From assembly GCA_012295275.1 (NCBI GenBank), contig CM022677.1, positions 6,448,001-6,512,000 of the forward strand: a stretch of DNA of 64,000 bases, in the 5' to 3' direction. Below the pieces are notes generated by a model that did no database searches, was not told the origin of the DNA, and worked only from the letters and a program-made list of their open reading frames with translations. Shown here one piece after another: positions 27,861 through 40,477 of the stretch. Position numbers and translations under genes: made by a program. Numbering within the stretch: position 1 is the stretch's first letter; each line of letters begins with the position of its first letter. The stretch is from Chrysomallon squamiferum. Lineage: Eukaryota; Animalia; Mollusca.

Positions 27861-28719
27861 CAGTGGTTCTCAATCACTTTTTGCCAACGGCACACCTGGC
27901 TAAATATATATGAAAAATATTTGAATTTTGCAAAATAAAAACATGGCAAATCATAGACGGCATACAACCGTACACACAGACTAGTCATAGACACATAGAA
28001 TAACTCAAACTAAATAAAGAAAAACACAGCTATACTTTATTGCCTGGCTTTTTTTCATAATTTCCTGTGTTTGGTCGAATATGAGACAGACACACCCTCA
28101 TTTCTGCTTTCGTTGTAGTAATATCTCGAGCTTCATGTTTTTGATGTTGCATAATTCACATATATAAGTAGTTGAAAATTCTAATAAAATTGCTAAAACT
28201 TTTTTACATAATATGGGATACACCTCTTGTATTGAAATCCAAAATGAATCAATGGGCAGAGTCGAATGTTTTAATTTTAAGGTCATTAGAAAGGGCGGCC
28301 AATTCTTCTTCTTCCTGTAACTCAAGTTCAATGTTGGAAGAATGATTTATGAAAGGATCTCTAATCCAATCATACTTTTCTGTCTTTAATGACGGAAATT
28401 TATTGTTAATGCTTTCGTCCAGGGCTGTCAGATGAGTAAACACAATAGCGATCACTTCTCTAATGCAGGTAGAACGCATATCAAGATTGCCAGTGATTGC
28501 TCTTTTTTTTTCCAAATCACTATTTTCTTTTTGAGGGCAACTAACTTGTCTGTTGAAGTGAGAATATTTTCGTTTTTACCTTGCATTCTACTGTTTGTTT
28601 TATTTTGGGATCACGTGGTTTTTCGCATTTTCTTAGTGTGCCATTCAAAATTTTGCGGCACGCATAGGAAGATCTCGTGGCACATCTGTGCGCCGCAGCA
28701 CACTGGTTTAGAATCACTG
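27861..28719 (-). mobile_element. hAT-Charlie/Buster (ZBED5-like) DNA transposon, internally deleted
   Basis: TIRs CAGTGGTTCTCAATCA / TGGTTTAGAATCACTG; perfect 8-bp TSD AATTAATG (27853-27860 and 28720-28727). Minus strand encodes MQGKNENILTSTDKL..., YDWIRDPF, EEEELAAL, FWISIQEVYP, FSTTYICE (hAT dimerisation domain). Confidence 0.93.
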
Positions 28720-29196
28720 AATTAATGTTATACTGATCATGTTATAAGGCAGAATATTGATAAACATTATTTACACCTCAAAGTATTTGTGTAAACTGTT
28801 TAACAAATATAAATTGATTGACAAGATAAATATATGTAATTATTTAAAATCATATTACAAAACTCATTTTTAAAATCTCTAATAATGCTTTCAGGAAGCA
28901 CTGGATTGGAAAATGGATGAAAAACAAATAAAAAAATAAATACAGAAATGCACAGCTTAATTTATGTTTGTTGTGTATGTGTGTTTTTGTACGCAAATGT
29001 GTGCACCAACACCAATCATGGATTCAGATCCTGAAGTCACTATCAGTAATTGCAATATATGATCACTAGATAAGTTTCTATATTTTCAGTCGGTAAACAA
29101 AAACGATATTACTTTTTTTTAATATTTAATTACCAGTTTAATCTTAAAAGCCCCTAGTGCTTGTACAAACTTCAGCCTGTGTTTATCAGTAGCTCC

Positions 29197-29413
29197 ATCC
29201 ATATGCAGGACAGACAGTCGGTGTGTGGGTGACTAGGGCAGGGGGGTGGATAGGATAAAAGCGGGTGAGCTTAGGGTCCCGGACAGAAAAGGTGAGTTGA
29301 ACATATGCCCTCCCGCCCTACCCCGGAAGCACGTGCTGTCTGCCAGGGGAAAGTGTTCTATTTTTATCTATCAGCCCCCTGCCCTAGTCCCCGGCATTTT
29401 TACCCATATGGAT
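29197..29413. mobile_element. GC-rich hairpin/MITE-like element
   Basis: Inverted repeats GACTAGGGCAGGGGGGTGGATAGGATAAAA (29231-29260) / TTTTATCTATCAGCCCCCTGCCCTAGTC (29362-29389), plus outer ATCCATATG/CATATGGAT. The left flank (AAAGCCC(C)TAGTGCTTGTACA...AGTAGCTCC..CCATATGC) recurs inverted at ~50880-50945. Confidence 0.6.
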
Positions 29414-29429
29414 AATTAGCGTACGTAAG

Positions 29430-29765
29430 CTTAGTGAGTACATCTAAAGTAAGGCAAAAGTTGAGAGCACATCTCACTAAAGGGAGATAACTCTAATCGA
29501 TATAATTTTTACTTTATTTAGTGAGTACATGTCACGTAAGGGAGATAACTGTAATCGATACAATTTTCACTTTGCTTAGTGAGTACATCTCACATAAGGG
29601 ACATAACTCTAATCTATGTTTGTGAACACATATCACTAAAGGGTGATAAGTCTAATCGATATAATTTTTAATTTGTTTACTGAGTACATCTCATGTAAGG
29701 GACCTAACTCTAATCCATGTTTGTGAGCACATATCACTAAACTGTAATCAATATAGCCTTTACTT
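29430..29765 (+). repeat. Tandem array of AAGGGAGATAACTC-motif units (~40-58 bp)
   Basis: GAG(T/C)ACATCTCA..TAAGGGA(G/C)ATAACTCTAATC repeated about 6 times. Confidence 0.8.
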
Positions 29766-29820
29766 CGCCGAGTAAACTCCTCCCACCTCTGGTGACACAT
29801 CATGGGGTATGACCATGTAA

Positions 29821-30057
29821 CAGGGTGGCCCAGATGTAACCGAACCTGAATTGTTATGAAAAGTTACAGTTAAATGAAACAAATTTTATTTCAAATAGTT
29901 ACAGCAAATGTTCAAAATGCAAACCATTATTTGTAATACAATGATGACATCGTTCAATGGTTGATTCAGTTACTTTTTTGCACATTTCCGTGAAGCAGAC
30001 TTGAAATCAATGATCATCGATTGACCTTTCGGGTTCGGTTACATATGGGCCATCCTG
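29821..30057 (-). mobile_element. Tc1/mariner element, heavily internally deleted (MITE-sized)
   Basis: 30-bp TIRs CAGGGTGGCCCAGATGTAACCGAACCTGAA / TTCGGGTTCGGTTACATATGGGCCATCCTG, TA on the right flank. Minus strand keeps the mariner C-terminus MCKKVTESTIERCHHCITNNGLHFEHLL*. Confidence 0.88.
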
Positions 30058-30268
30058 TATAAAGAAAGTGATGTTTCCACAATATTTCGTAGATGAATCT
30101 GGAATCGGAAAGTACTGCTGATGTCTCCAAAAACGCTGAGATTCAATCACACGATCTCACGCACATGAACATGCTTACAAGAAACATTATAGTTTCAACT
30201 TGGTTAAACTCTTTTTTTTTTATTATTGTTCTGCTGTTACAATCTTCTATATTGAATAAAAAATGTCT

Positions 30269-30755
30269 TAATAATAGTTACCAGCGAATATATTCACAAA
30301 TAGAGTTATTTCCCTTTAATATGAAAACGAATACTTTCTTGGATGGCGTTATCTCCCCTTTCTTACATTATAAAAGGGTTTATCAGATAACTCTATATAG
30401 GAACATGTTCGTTTTAACCTGAATAATCAAGGATAAGAATGTACCAAACGGGACATAACTCTATCCGAGAGGTTATTCGTTTTCACGTTAAAGGGAGATA
30501 ACTCTATCTAGGAATATGTTCATTTTAACCTGAATAATCAACGAGAAAAATGTATCAAAGGGGTCATAACTCTATCCGAAAGGTTATTCGTTTTCATGTT
30601 AAAGGGAGATAACTATATAGGAATATGTTCGTTTTAACCTGAATAATCAAGGAGAAAAATGTACCAAACGGGACATAACTCTATCCGAGAGATCATTCGT
30701 TTTCATCTGAAAGGGAGATAACTCTATATGTCAATATATTCGCTTGGGATTATTA
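30269..30755. mobile_element. Foldback/MITE-like element with long TIRs and three internal ~110-bp tandem units; partial second copy at ~31176-31305
   Basis: The left end CAGCGAATATATTCACAAATAGAGTTATTTCCCTTT..ATGAAAACGAATA is the reverse complement of the right end TTCGTTTTCAT..AAAGGGAGATAACTCTATATGTCAATATATTCGCT. Units start at GATAACT near 30386, 30496, 30608 and 30717. Confidence 0.75.
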
Positions 30756-31726
30756 ATGTTCAGGTATATTTTCAACCATTGGAATCCAATACTTTAATTG
30801 AATTTAATTAGTGGACACTGTTTAATCATTTGACAAGTATTTTAAATAATGAATGCTTTTTACATTAAAATTATAGATCAGATGGAAATATTTATAGTAT
30901 ATTCTTTATTTGTTATATTAATATATCAATATCTAAAAGGTAAATAACGTCTTTTTTATATTAATAATAATAATTCAATGTTGAAAATATCTAATTTGTT
31001 GAAATCTAAAATTTACAAAAAGAAAATTTATATTTTGATATAACTCTGAACTTGAAATATGATAAGGATAGTGAGAACTTAAAAATACAAGAATTGTTTT
31101 CTACATTATACTTTTGTCCGATGGTAAAAGGAGAAACAAATGAATATTTGTTTATATTAAATATAATAAACAATAAAATATTTCTTAATAATAGTTACCA
31201 GCGAATATATTCACAAATAGAGTTATTTTCCTTTAATATGAAAACGAATACTTTCTCGGATGGAGTTATCTCCCCTTTCTTACATTTAAAAAAGGGTTTA
31301 TCAGAATTACTTGATATGAAATCAGTTTGTGGAAATATGTGAATAGAAGATTCATCAAAGTTTGTGAAAATATTTAATGTAATAAAAAAATGTATTATTG
31401 ATTGATTCTGCCACTATTTGTTATTTTTCGTTTAATATTATTATCAAAATTATCAAACAATTATTTCATAATTTAATATATATTTTTAACATTTAATTTC
31501 ATATCATTTCTTTACCACTTAACTAAATGAATTAAATGAAACAGAAATCTAAATTACAAAATATATCATTATTTTTGTTTTATTTCCTTTTTCAAAATTT
31601 GTTTTGTTGTTGTTAATGTTGTTATCCATTATCATCGTTATATTCATTCCTATTATTAATGGACAACACAATTATTTCCATTAGACTACTTTGTCTATGA
31701 AATTTACTAATTATTATTATTATTAT

Positions 31727-31788
<62 letters not shown>

Positions 31789-32161
31789 TCTCTGTTTGTG
31801 CATTCTTAGTTTATTTCATATATTTAAAATGTTTCTTTACTAAAAACTTAATATTTATTCGTTCATACTATTCAGAATAAAAATAAGAATTTAAATTTAT
31901 TACGACATTCCATTTTGATACGTGAAAATTTGTATATATTATTTATTATGATTAGAGAAAGAGTGATTTGGGTTTCACTACGACTAAGATTGTACGTTTT
32001 CATGAAAATTTCATTTCACTGTAAAAATGTAGCATAAACATTTCAATTACATATAAATACTGTTTTTCTGCCATTTCATACTGACACATTTAAATTTCAC
32101 AGATATAATGATTTCTAGAGCGCGGAATGTAACATCAATTCAGGTGTTTAAAAGTGAAATT

Positions 32162-32212
<51 letters not shown>

Positions 32213-32677
32213 TCTTTCATTTTTGTTTGTTTTTATTTTTGTTGTTGATATTATTGCTAACACTGTTATTTTTTTTACTGTGGTACATAATTATTACTAT
32301 TTTTATTATTGTTATTATTGCTAATATTGGTGTTATAGCTGTTGCTTTTGCTGTTGGTTAATATTGCTTTAGGCAGAATTGACAAGTTTGTGTGGAGAGA
32401 AGAAAGCGAGTTACAGAGAAAGTTAGAGACAAAAAGAGAGAGACAGAGAAAAACACATGGAGAGAGAAAAAGACAGAGACAGACAGATAGACAGAGAGAG
32501 AAAGAGAGACAGAGACACAGATAGAGTGTTAGATAGACAGAGAGAAAGAGTGAGTCAGAGAGACAAAGAGAGAAAGACAGTGAGAGAGACAGAGATAAAG
32601 AGAGAGACAATGAGAGACTGAGAGAGACAGAGGGAGAAAGAGACAGAGAGAAAAAGGGACAGGGACAAAGGGAGACA

Positions 32678-32698
32678 TAATAATAATAATTAAAAAAA

Positions 32699-32734
<36 letters not shown>

Positions 32735-32845
32735 ATAATAATAATAATAATAATTAAAAAAAAAATAATAATAATAATAATAATAATAATAATTATTATT
32801 ATTATTATTATTTTTTTTTTTTTAATTATTATTATTATTATTATT
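32678..32845. repeat. AT-only palindrome built from (TAA)n/An mirrored by (TTA)n/Tn
   Basis: (TAA)n-TT-An-(TAA)n | (TTA)n-Tn-AA-(TTA)n centred near 32793. Confidence 0.8.
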
Positions 32846-33544
32846 ACGCAATGCGATCTAGCTTTCTATGACAACATGTTAGTTGACTGCCATGATAAAC
32901 GGAAGTGTAGCCAACATGCAAATGTGATCTGTTATTATTATTATTATTATTATTTGTATTATTACTAGTATTACTAGTTCTACTAGTACTATTACTACTA
33001 CTGATACTACTACTACTACTACTACTACTACTAAAAGTCAACTATAAATACTACTTCTAATATCTTTATTAGTTATTAGTACTTCTCCAACGACCATTAC
33101 TGCTACTATTAGCTACTACAATTAATACTACTACTAAGAAGAATTTTAATTAATCATGTGTAAACAGTATGTTAGTAATACACATCATAAGGAACAGTAC
33201 ATATAAATAATCAACATCTAAAAAAATAACACTGCAATAAAATAAAATAACAAAAGAACGATCTTCAGTATATGCTAAAGGGAAAACGCTAAAGTAATAA
33301 ATAAAATAAAATAATCAAATTGAAAATTTCCTTCAGTTAAGTCAGGTTATCTAGATTGTCTAGGAAATATACACGACAGTCAGCCTAAGTGCCAATACTA
33401 AATGCCAGGATCGCTTAATAAACGATGTTATTACTATTCCTGGTGTATTATAATTATTATTGTTGTTGTTGTTATTAATCCTATTTTCCTTGTTCCTAAT
33501 ATTGTTGTTGGTTATTATTTGTATTACTACTATTACTACTACTA

Positions 33545-33965
33545 CTGTATGACGCATTGTATAACATGTTCTGTTCACAGATATGAAGGATGAGCTTTGA
33601 CCCCCTCTCTCATCACGTACAAACAACAAAACTTAGTAACTGATATCTCAAAAACATGATACTAAACTGGATAAAACACTGGGGATCTGTAAACTCGTCT
33701 TTTAAAGCCCAAAGATACACATCATATTTCATCTTTTCTTCTCTCTGCACGCTCGAGTTAGTTGTAGCAAGGGACTGATTCACAATAATCACAGAGGAGG
33801 GGAACAGGGCCGTAACTGAGACTTCAGAATTTTTGGGAGGGGGAACGAAACCATATATTATTGGTTCATTTTGTTTTATTTATTTATTTATTTATTTATT
33901 ATTTTTATTTTTATTTTTTCATATTCAATTTGATTTCAGTTTTCTAACACTTCCTAACCAAAAAT
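33545..33965 (+). repeat. Duplicated exon-like module A, copy 1 (others ~37610-38000, ~51605-51810, ~52320-52367, ~59905-60325, partial 61200-61327)
   Basis: Acceptor tgttcacAG followed by AT ATG AAG GAT GAG CTT TGA and a shared ~230-bp block (ACGTACAAACAACAAAACTTAGTAACTGATATCTCAAAAAC...GCAAGGGACTGATTCACAATAATCACAGAGG). Confidence 0.85.
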
Positions 33966-33998
33966 AGATTACAGAACAAATCACTCTCGCAGAATATG

Positions 33999-34029
<31 letters not shown>

Positions 34030-34604
34030 AACTAGCTATATATATATTCTGTTAATATTACTAGTTACCCAGAGCTTTCAGTGGACAGCGACTTGTCGAC
34101 ACTTCTCCCCTAATAAATAATAATTTTAAACAATCTCGGTTCTTTTATAGAAAATACTCGATGATGAACGCTTAAAAGTAGTTTTTAAATTTTAGAATTA
34201 AGATATTTAGCTATGGCGAGTTTCGTGTAACAAAGTTTTTAAATGCGTCACCCTGGGCTTGCTTCTCTCCCTCTTTTCATTGACGTCTGCGGGAATCCAA
34301 TATATGACGCAAGCAAGGAAAACTCGGCGTTATCTTTTTATGAACAGGCAGGTCACTTTGACCTTGCTTTGATAAGGTTTGACAAAGGCATATAGTAAAC
34401 TACGTTTCTCACTTTTTCAGTGTAATGTGTGTCATTAACAGCGTGTTTGTTATATAAAACTTATAGTAACATAATTGATTTATCTAGTGGATTAGTGTAG
34501 TATTTTACTATCCCTGTCACAGCGTTTTAAACAGGTCGTGCTGTTTGTGCAAAACACATTTTATTAGCAGCTGAATTAGCATACAGCAAAATACCTGTCA
34601 GATG

Positions 34605-34990
34605 ATTTAGTCTTCACAGGACGACTAAATTGCGAGGTACTTGTTTCAAAAATTATTATCATTTCTTAAATTTAATTTTTAAATTATGCTAAATGAGGCG
34701 GTTAAACCAAGTCTTTACTGTGTATCCATTAATATAACATTCGATATCCAGCACTTAAACAAGATTTATATCTCATGGCGCAGTATTTTATGAGTCAGTG
34801 ATCTTTCTGATTTGGGTCGTTCTGCCAGCAGAGAGAAATATTTCTTATCAGTGTCAGGTCCGTACGTGAGTTAATCCAATATGCGGTGCGCTGCTGTTGT
34901 GTAAATACGTACATACCTGTAATTATTAATTGTTCTAAAGTAAAGACTTCCAGAATAAATGACTGATAATAATCACAAACATTGTGTTTG
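34605..34990 (-). pseudogene. Disrupted copy of the 4-Cys exon module (exon-like 34689-34916); paralog of 60580-60806
   Basis: Near-identical to 60488-60875 but with a TGA at DH* and a 1-nt insertion after SCLS. Confidence 0.4.
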
Positions 34991-35057
34991 ATCCGAACTG
35001 AATAAACATGATCTGCTAAAGTATGTTTCTATTTTATCTTGCGAAACGAAATCATTA

Positions 35058-35111
<54 letters not shown>

Positions 35112-35813
35112 AATAAAGAATTAAATTAATTAATTAATTAAAACATTGTATAGTAGCAACAACTACTAGTACTAACACTAATACTTTTACTATAACTAAA
35201 TGTATACAACTGCTGATAACAATACATCTGTTAATTACTTTTGTTATTTATTTATTTATTTATTAACTAATATATTTATTTATAATTAACGCTTGTGATA
35301 AATTTTAGAAAATATTTTCTTTTTACTTCGCTTTTGATTTGTATTGAATTAATTATTGTATACACTTATGACTGCGTGTGTTGAAACCGTGACTAAACAG
35401 AGTCGGGTATGTTCCTCCTCGGAAAACAAATAGAATGTAAACTTCTGTTAAACTGAACATGTACAATAGTCGTTTATTATTTTTATTTTATTTTAACCAT
35501 AGCCAGTATCATCCCGTTCGTCGTTCTTTTACAGATTACGATTTTTCCAGTGTGTGTCACTGCGTGTGTGAGTGTGTGTATGTCTATGTTTGTGTTTGTG
35601 TGTATATGTGTGCGTCGTGCGTGTATGTGTATGTGTGACTTCTTCCTTATCGCTCGAATATGTTATTCATCGTGATAATGAGGTATTTAATAAGACCCCA
35701 AACTTTATAAAGAAAAAATATAAATGAATAATATATAACAAATAAATATATATATATACAAACACATACGCACGTATGTAAAAACAAAAATGTTTATTTC
35801 TTTCTTTTCTTAG

Positions 35814-35896
35814 ATGAAATGGGTCTCTTTATATTTATATATATATATATATATATATTATTATTTGTCGATTAGGATTTGTATGGACTGAGCAAG
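35814..35896 (+). other. Signal-peptide-like exon interrupted by (AT)n, currently out of frame
   Basis: ttttcttAG|ATG AAA TGG GTC TCT TTA..(AT)n..TTA GGA TTT GTA TGG ACT GAG CAA G|GTAAGT: strong acceptor and consensus donor. Adding 2 nt gives an open phase-1 exon MKWVSLYLY...IICRLGFVWTEQ. Confidence 0.45.
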
Positions 35897-36349
35897 GTAA
35901 GTATCTGTACATAAATTTGATTTGGAAATGTTAATATCTGAACTGACTTTCCATTATTAGATCTGGAAATAAATTTGATTAAATTTATAGTATAATATGT
36001 TAGATCCGGAAATTAGTTTAATACCAACATAAAGTTGTTGTTTTTTTGGGGGGTTTCACTTACATCTGCATAAACGTCGGAGATTTTCTTTTGTCATTTC
36101 GACTTTTCCTCTTCTGCCGCACTCTAGTGTATAACATCATGTTACATTGATTTAAAATAAAATAAATATATAAATACATGAGTACATTAGTACTAAGTAA
36201 GTAAATAAGTAAATAAATAAATAAATGAAGTACAAATAAAAGCAAGAAATCAATTTAATTACACTGACAGAAAATAATTACTTTAACTTACTGAGATTTG
36301 TACAGACACACACACACACAGACACGCACACACACACGCACACGTGTAT

Positions 36350-36417
<68 letters not shown>

Positions 36418-36681
36418 GAGAGAAAGTTTATATCTGTTATTAAAATAATAATTTTTTTAAATGTTTCAAATTTACAATATTACTTGTAGTTTGCGTGTAT
36501 TTGTGATAATTTTAATAAACGTGACACTCCTTTGTGCACTTGAATGAACATGACATTGTCAAACACTTAAGAATTGCTCTCTCTCATTCATGCATGGAAA
36601 CAAATAGTAAGTGCTTAGATTAGTCAGCTAATATATATGTGTGTGGGTAAGATGTGTGTGTACTGATTTTCCTTCGTACAG

Positions 36682-37090
36682 TTTATTTTTATATCTTACG
36701 AAAGACCTGAAACCGCCAGTTGACTATTCAAGTTTAAACAAGATTTAACGTGACTAAAATCATATATTCACCTTGTATGTTTCTGTTTCGAAAGGTTTAT
36801 TTATATATCTTACGAAAGACCTGAAACCGCCAGTTCACTATTCAAGTTTAAACAAGATTTAACGTGACTAAAATCATATATTCACCTTGTATGTTTCTGT
36901 TTCGAAAGGTTTATTTATATATCTTACGAAAGACCTGAAACCGCCAGTTCACTATTCAAGTTTAAACAAGATTTAACGTGACTAAAATCATATATTCACC
37001 TTGTATGTTTCTGTTTCGAAAGGTTTATTTATATATCTTACGAAAGACCTGAAACCGCCAGTTCACTATTCAAGTTTAAACAAGATTTAA
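36682..37090 (+). repeat. 114-bp near-perfect tandem repeat (~3.5 copies); related single copies at ~39110-39230 and ~51808-51850
   Basis: ATATCTTACGAAAGACCTGAAACCGCCAGTT at 36691, 36805, 36919 and 37033. Confidence 0.95.
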
Positions 37091-37553
37091 GTTTGGCGGC
37101 TAATTGTATTATCTTTCTCCGTCCTTCTACAAAACTGTTGTTATGTTTATTATGTGTGATAGACTGTAACAGGCATTTAAAAAATAATGAAGTACACAAA
37201 CTATGTTAAGGTAGTTGTTACTGCTGTTTACTTTACCACCAGAATTTCAGAGACAGGAACAATAAACAATAGAAGATAATGTTAATGATCATCAACATGT
37301 GACTTTTATCTAGTGTGCAGTGCATATCATGCTTAGTTAATAAGCGGCACTGTTTTTTTTTTTTTTTTTTTTTTTTTTATTTTATTTAATTTCTTTTTTT
37401 TTGTGTTTGTTTGTTTGTTTGTTTGTTTTTTTATCTTACAGTGTATTTCTCTAAGGCGTTATTATCATTATTGTTGTTTTTGTGTCGTTGATGTTACTGT
37501 TCATACTGTTATTGTTATTATTTCTTTATTGTTGTTGGTTATTACTATTATTA

Positions 37554-37601
<48 letters not shown>

Positions 37602-38453
37602 GTTTCTGGAATGACTCACTCTGTAAAATGTTCTATTCTCAGATATGAAGGACGTTCTTTGACCCTCTCTCTCATTACTACGTACAAACAACAAAACTTA
37701 GTAACTGATATCTCAAAAACGATACTAAACTGGATACCCCACTCGGGATCTGTGCACACGTGTTTGAAATCGCGGTGTAACAAATCATATTTCGTCTTTT
37801 CTTCTCTATGCACGCTCGAGTTAGTTGGAGCAAGGGACTGATTCACAATAAACACAGAGGGGGGAATAGGGCCGGTACTGAGGCTTCAATGAGGAACAAA
37901 ACCATATTTTTGTTTCATTTTTATTTATTTATTATTTTTATTATTATTTTTTTTGTTATGTTTATTCTGATTTCATTTTTCTAAAACTTCGTAACCTATA
38001 AGCCGAGAGTTTGCTAAAAATAAATATTGTGATGTTATCTTTCTAAAAATATTACAATACATATCACTTTCACACATACACACACACGCCTTTTAACGTA
38101 ACAAGAACAGTAACACAACTTCTATATGTATATATCCTGTCTCATTCAAACGTGCAAACAACGAAAACATATTTAAAGGAAGACACAGAAATGAATAAAT
38201 AAATACAAGCATAAATAAACACGTTAATAATAAAACACATGTCGTGAGACACTGGCTGGAACAGAATACAATCAGGTCAAATAAGAAGACAAACATTGAA
38301 CAAATTTTATTAACAGTTTTGTGGAGTAGAATTCGTTGTTATGGATAGGTAGTTATGTTGTTAGTAAATCTTCTATCCAAACTTTTTTATTATTATTAGT
38401 AGTAGTAGTAATAGTAGTAGTAGTAGTAGTATAGTAGTAGTAGTAGTACTAAT

Positions 38454-38488
<35 letters not shown>

Positions 38489-40137
38489 AACTATTTGATA
38501 TTGGAAACACTGACATTGGAAACTACTTTGTACTGCATCGTTTATCATCACTACATGAACGAGCTAACTGAAAGGCTATGAAAACCAGCGAAGCGATAAC
38601 TTGTATTATTCATACTGGTCTGTAGGACATTTTTGTACTCATCAATAAAACATTCATTCACAATATCAACAAGATGACAAAAGTGTGACGGTTTTATTCA
38701 GAGACACTGTTCTCATATATATATATATGTAATGTGAATTAAGAATGATATGAAAGTTAACACCTTTCTAAAATATACGTAAGGTAAACAGCAAGATGTG
38801 TTAAATTAAAATACTTAGAAAACAATTGTGTTACGTATATTTGTCAGCTAGTAACACTGCTGTTAATATTCAATCTCCTATTCAATTCCCTATTTCCAAA
38901 CAGTTGAGAATTGCTGTCTGATTCAAACAGAAATATACTTGCTTGGTTTAGCTAAATAATAAAACATATAATATTACAATTTCATGAATTTTATCGTTTC
39001 TTTCTTTCTTTCTTTCTGTCTTTATTTATTTGTTTATTTATCTTAAATAGAATGAAATAAAATTTATAATAAAGGAATATATATTATTTTATTACAATTG
39101 TGTATACCTGGCTAAAATCATATATTCGCCTTGTATCACGTTTTTTAAAATTATTATAGTTTATTTATATATCTTACGAAAAAACACTGATACTATTCAA
39201 GTTTAAACACGATAAAATTTTGGCGGCTAAATGTATTATCTTTCACCGACCTTCTACAAACCAGTTGCTGTGTCATTATTACCATATGTGTGATAGACTG
39301 TAACACGCATTTTAAAAATTAATGAACTGCACTAACTGTGTTCAGGTGTTGTTACTTTTACTGCTGTTTACTGAACCAGAAGCATTTAAAACGTTCACGA
39401 GTATTGTTTTCTCAGACGAAATATTAATATTAAAATTATATTCACGGTTATTAAAATTTAATTCTTAATATGCCGTGTACAATTATCAATTGGAAAACTA
39501 GGATGTCTTCGGTAACATTAGCTTATACAACACAGTACATTGAACATATTTTTTACCCCCAAATTAATGTCCTTCTCACTGAAAAATGATAGTCTTTCAT
39601 ATTTTATTATTAAAAGTAACGGGACTATCCCGAAACTTACTGTTGTACTTACTGTTGTATTGATATTATTAACAATATATGATATTTTATTTTTATGACC
39701 ATGCGATTTACATTTCTCTCAACATGAAATTACATGACTTTAAAATATTTTGTTACATCACCAAACTGAACAACAGAAACTGGTTTGCTTGAAAGGACTC
39801 CAATTTTTATTATTCACCAATACACATTCAAATTCTATACCTGCAAAAAACAACGAACAAAAAACCCCACAGGTGTTCTTTTATATTGCCAAGAGAAATT
39901 TCGAAGCATGATATGCACCCTTTTCGTGTCGATTATTTTGCTGTGCTTATTTTCATAACTGTTTATAAAACTTTTCACGGATTTTCTTTTGCTGTCCTGT
40001 GGCGCATAGCTACAATTGCAAACAAACAAATATCGATCCATGGACATTTATGAGATCAATATTTTTATAAATAACCTCTTTTGAAAATAAGGAATGCATA
40101 TATGTGTTTTTGATATGTGGAGAATTCACACAAACAT

Positions 40138-40370
40138 ATGACACATGATCAAATACAACACAGACACAGAAACAAATAACACATTCACCACATACAAACA
40201 CACATGACACATGATCAAATACAATACATACACAAAAATAGATGACACATGATCAAATACAATACATACACAAAAATAGATGACACATGATCATATACAA
40301 CACACACACACACACAGAAACACATGACACATGATAAATACAACACAAAGAAACAAATGACACATGATTT
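40138..40370. repeat. Minisatellite with ATGACACATGATCAAATACAA core and CA-rich variable part
   Basis: The core recurs about 6 times. Confidence 0.8.
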
Positions 40371-40477
40371 GGATGTTGCTTGTGTAATTCCTACAGCATG
40401 TTTGTATGTTTGTGTGTACATATATGTATGTATGTCTGTAGGTAGGTAGGTATATGTGTGTATGTGCTTATGTGTGT

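Noticed and set aside
40138-40370. Repeat with variable intervening sequence as CRISPR-like
   Set aside because: The intervening parts are CA-rich variants of each other, i.e. a slipping minisatellite.
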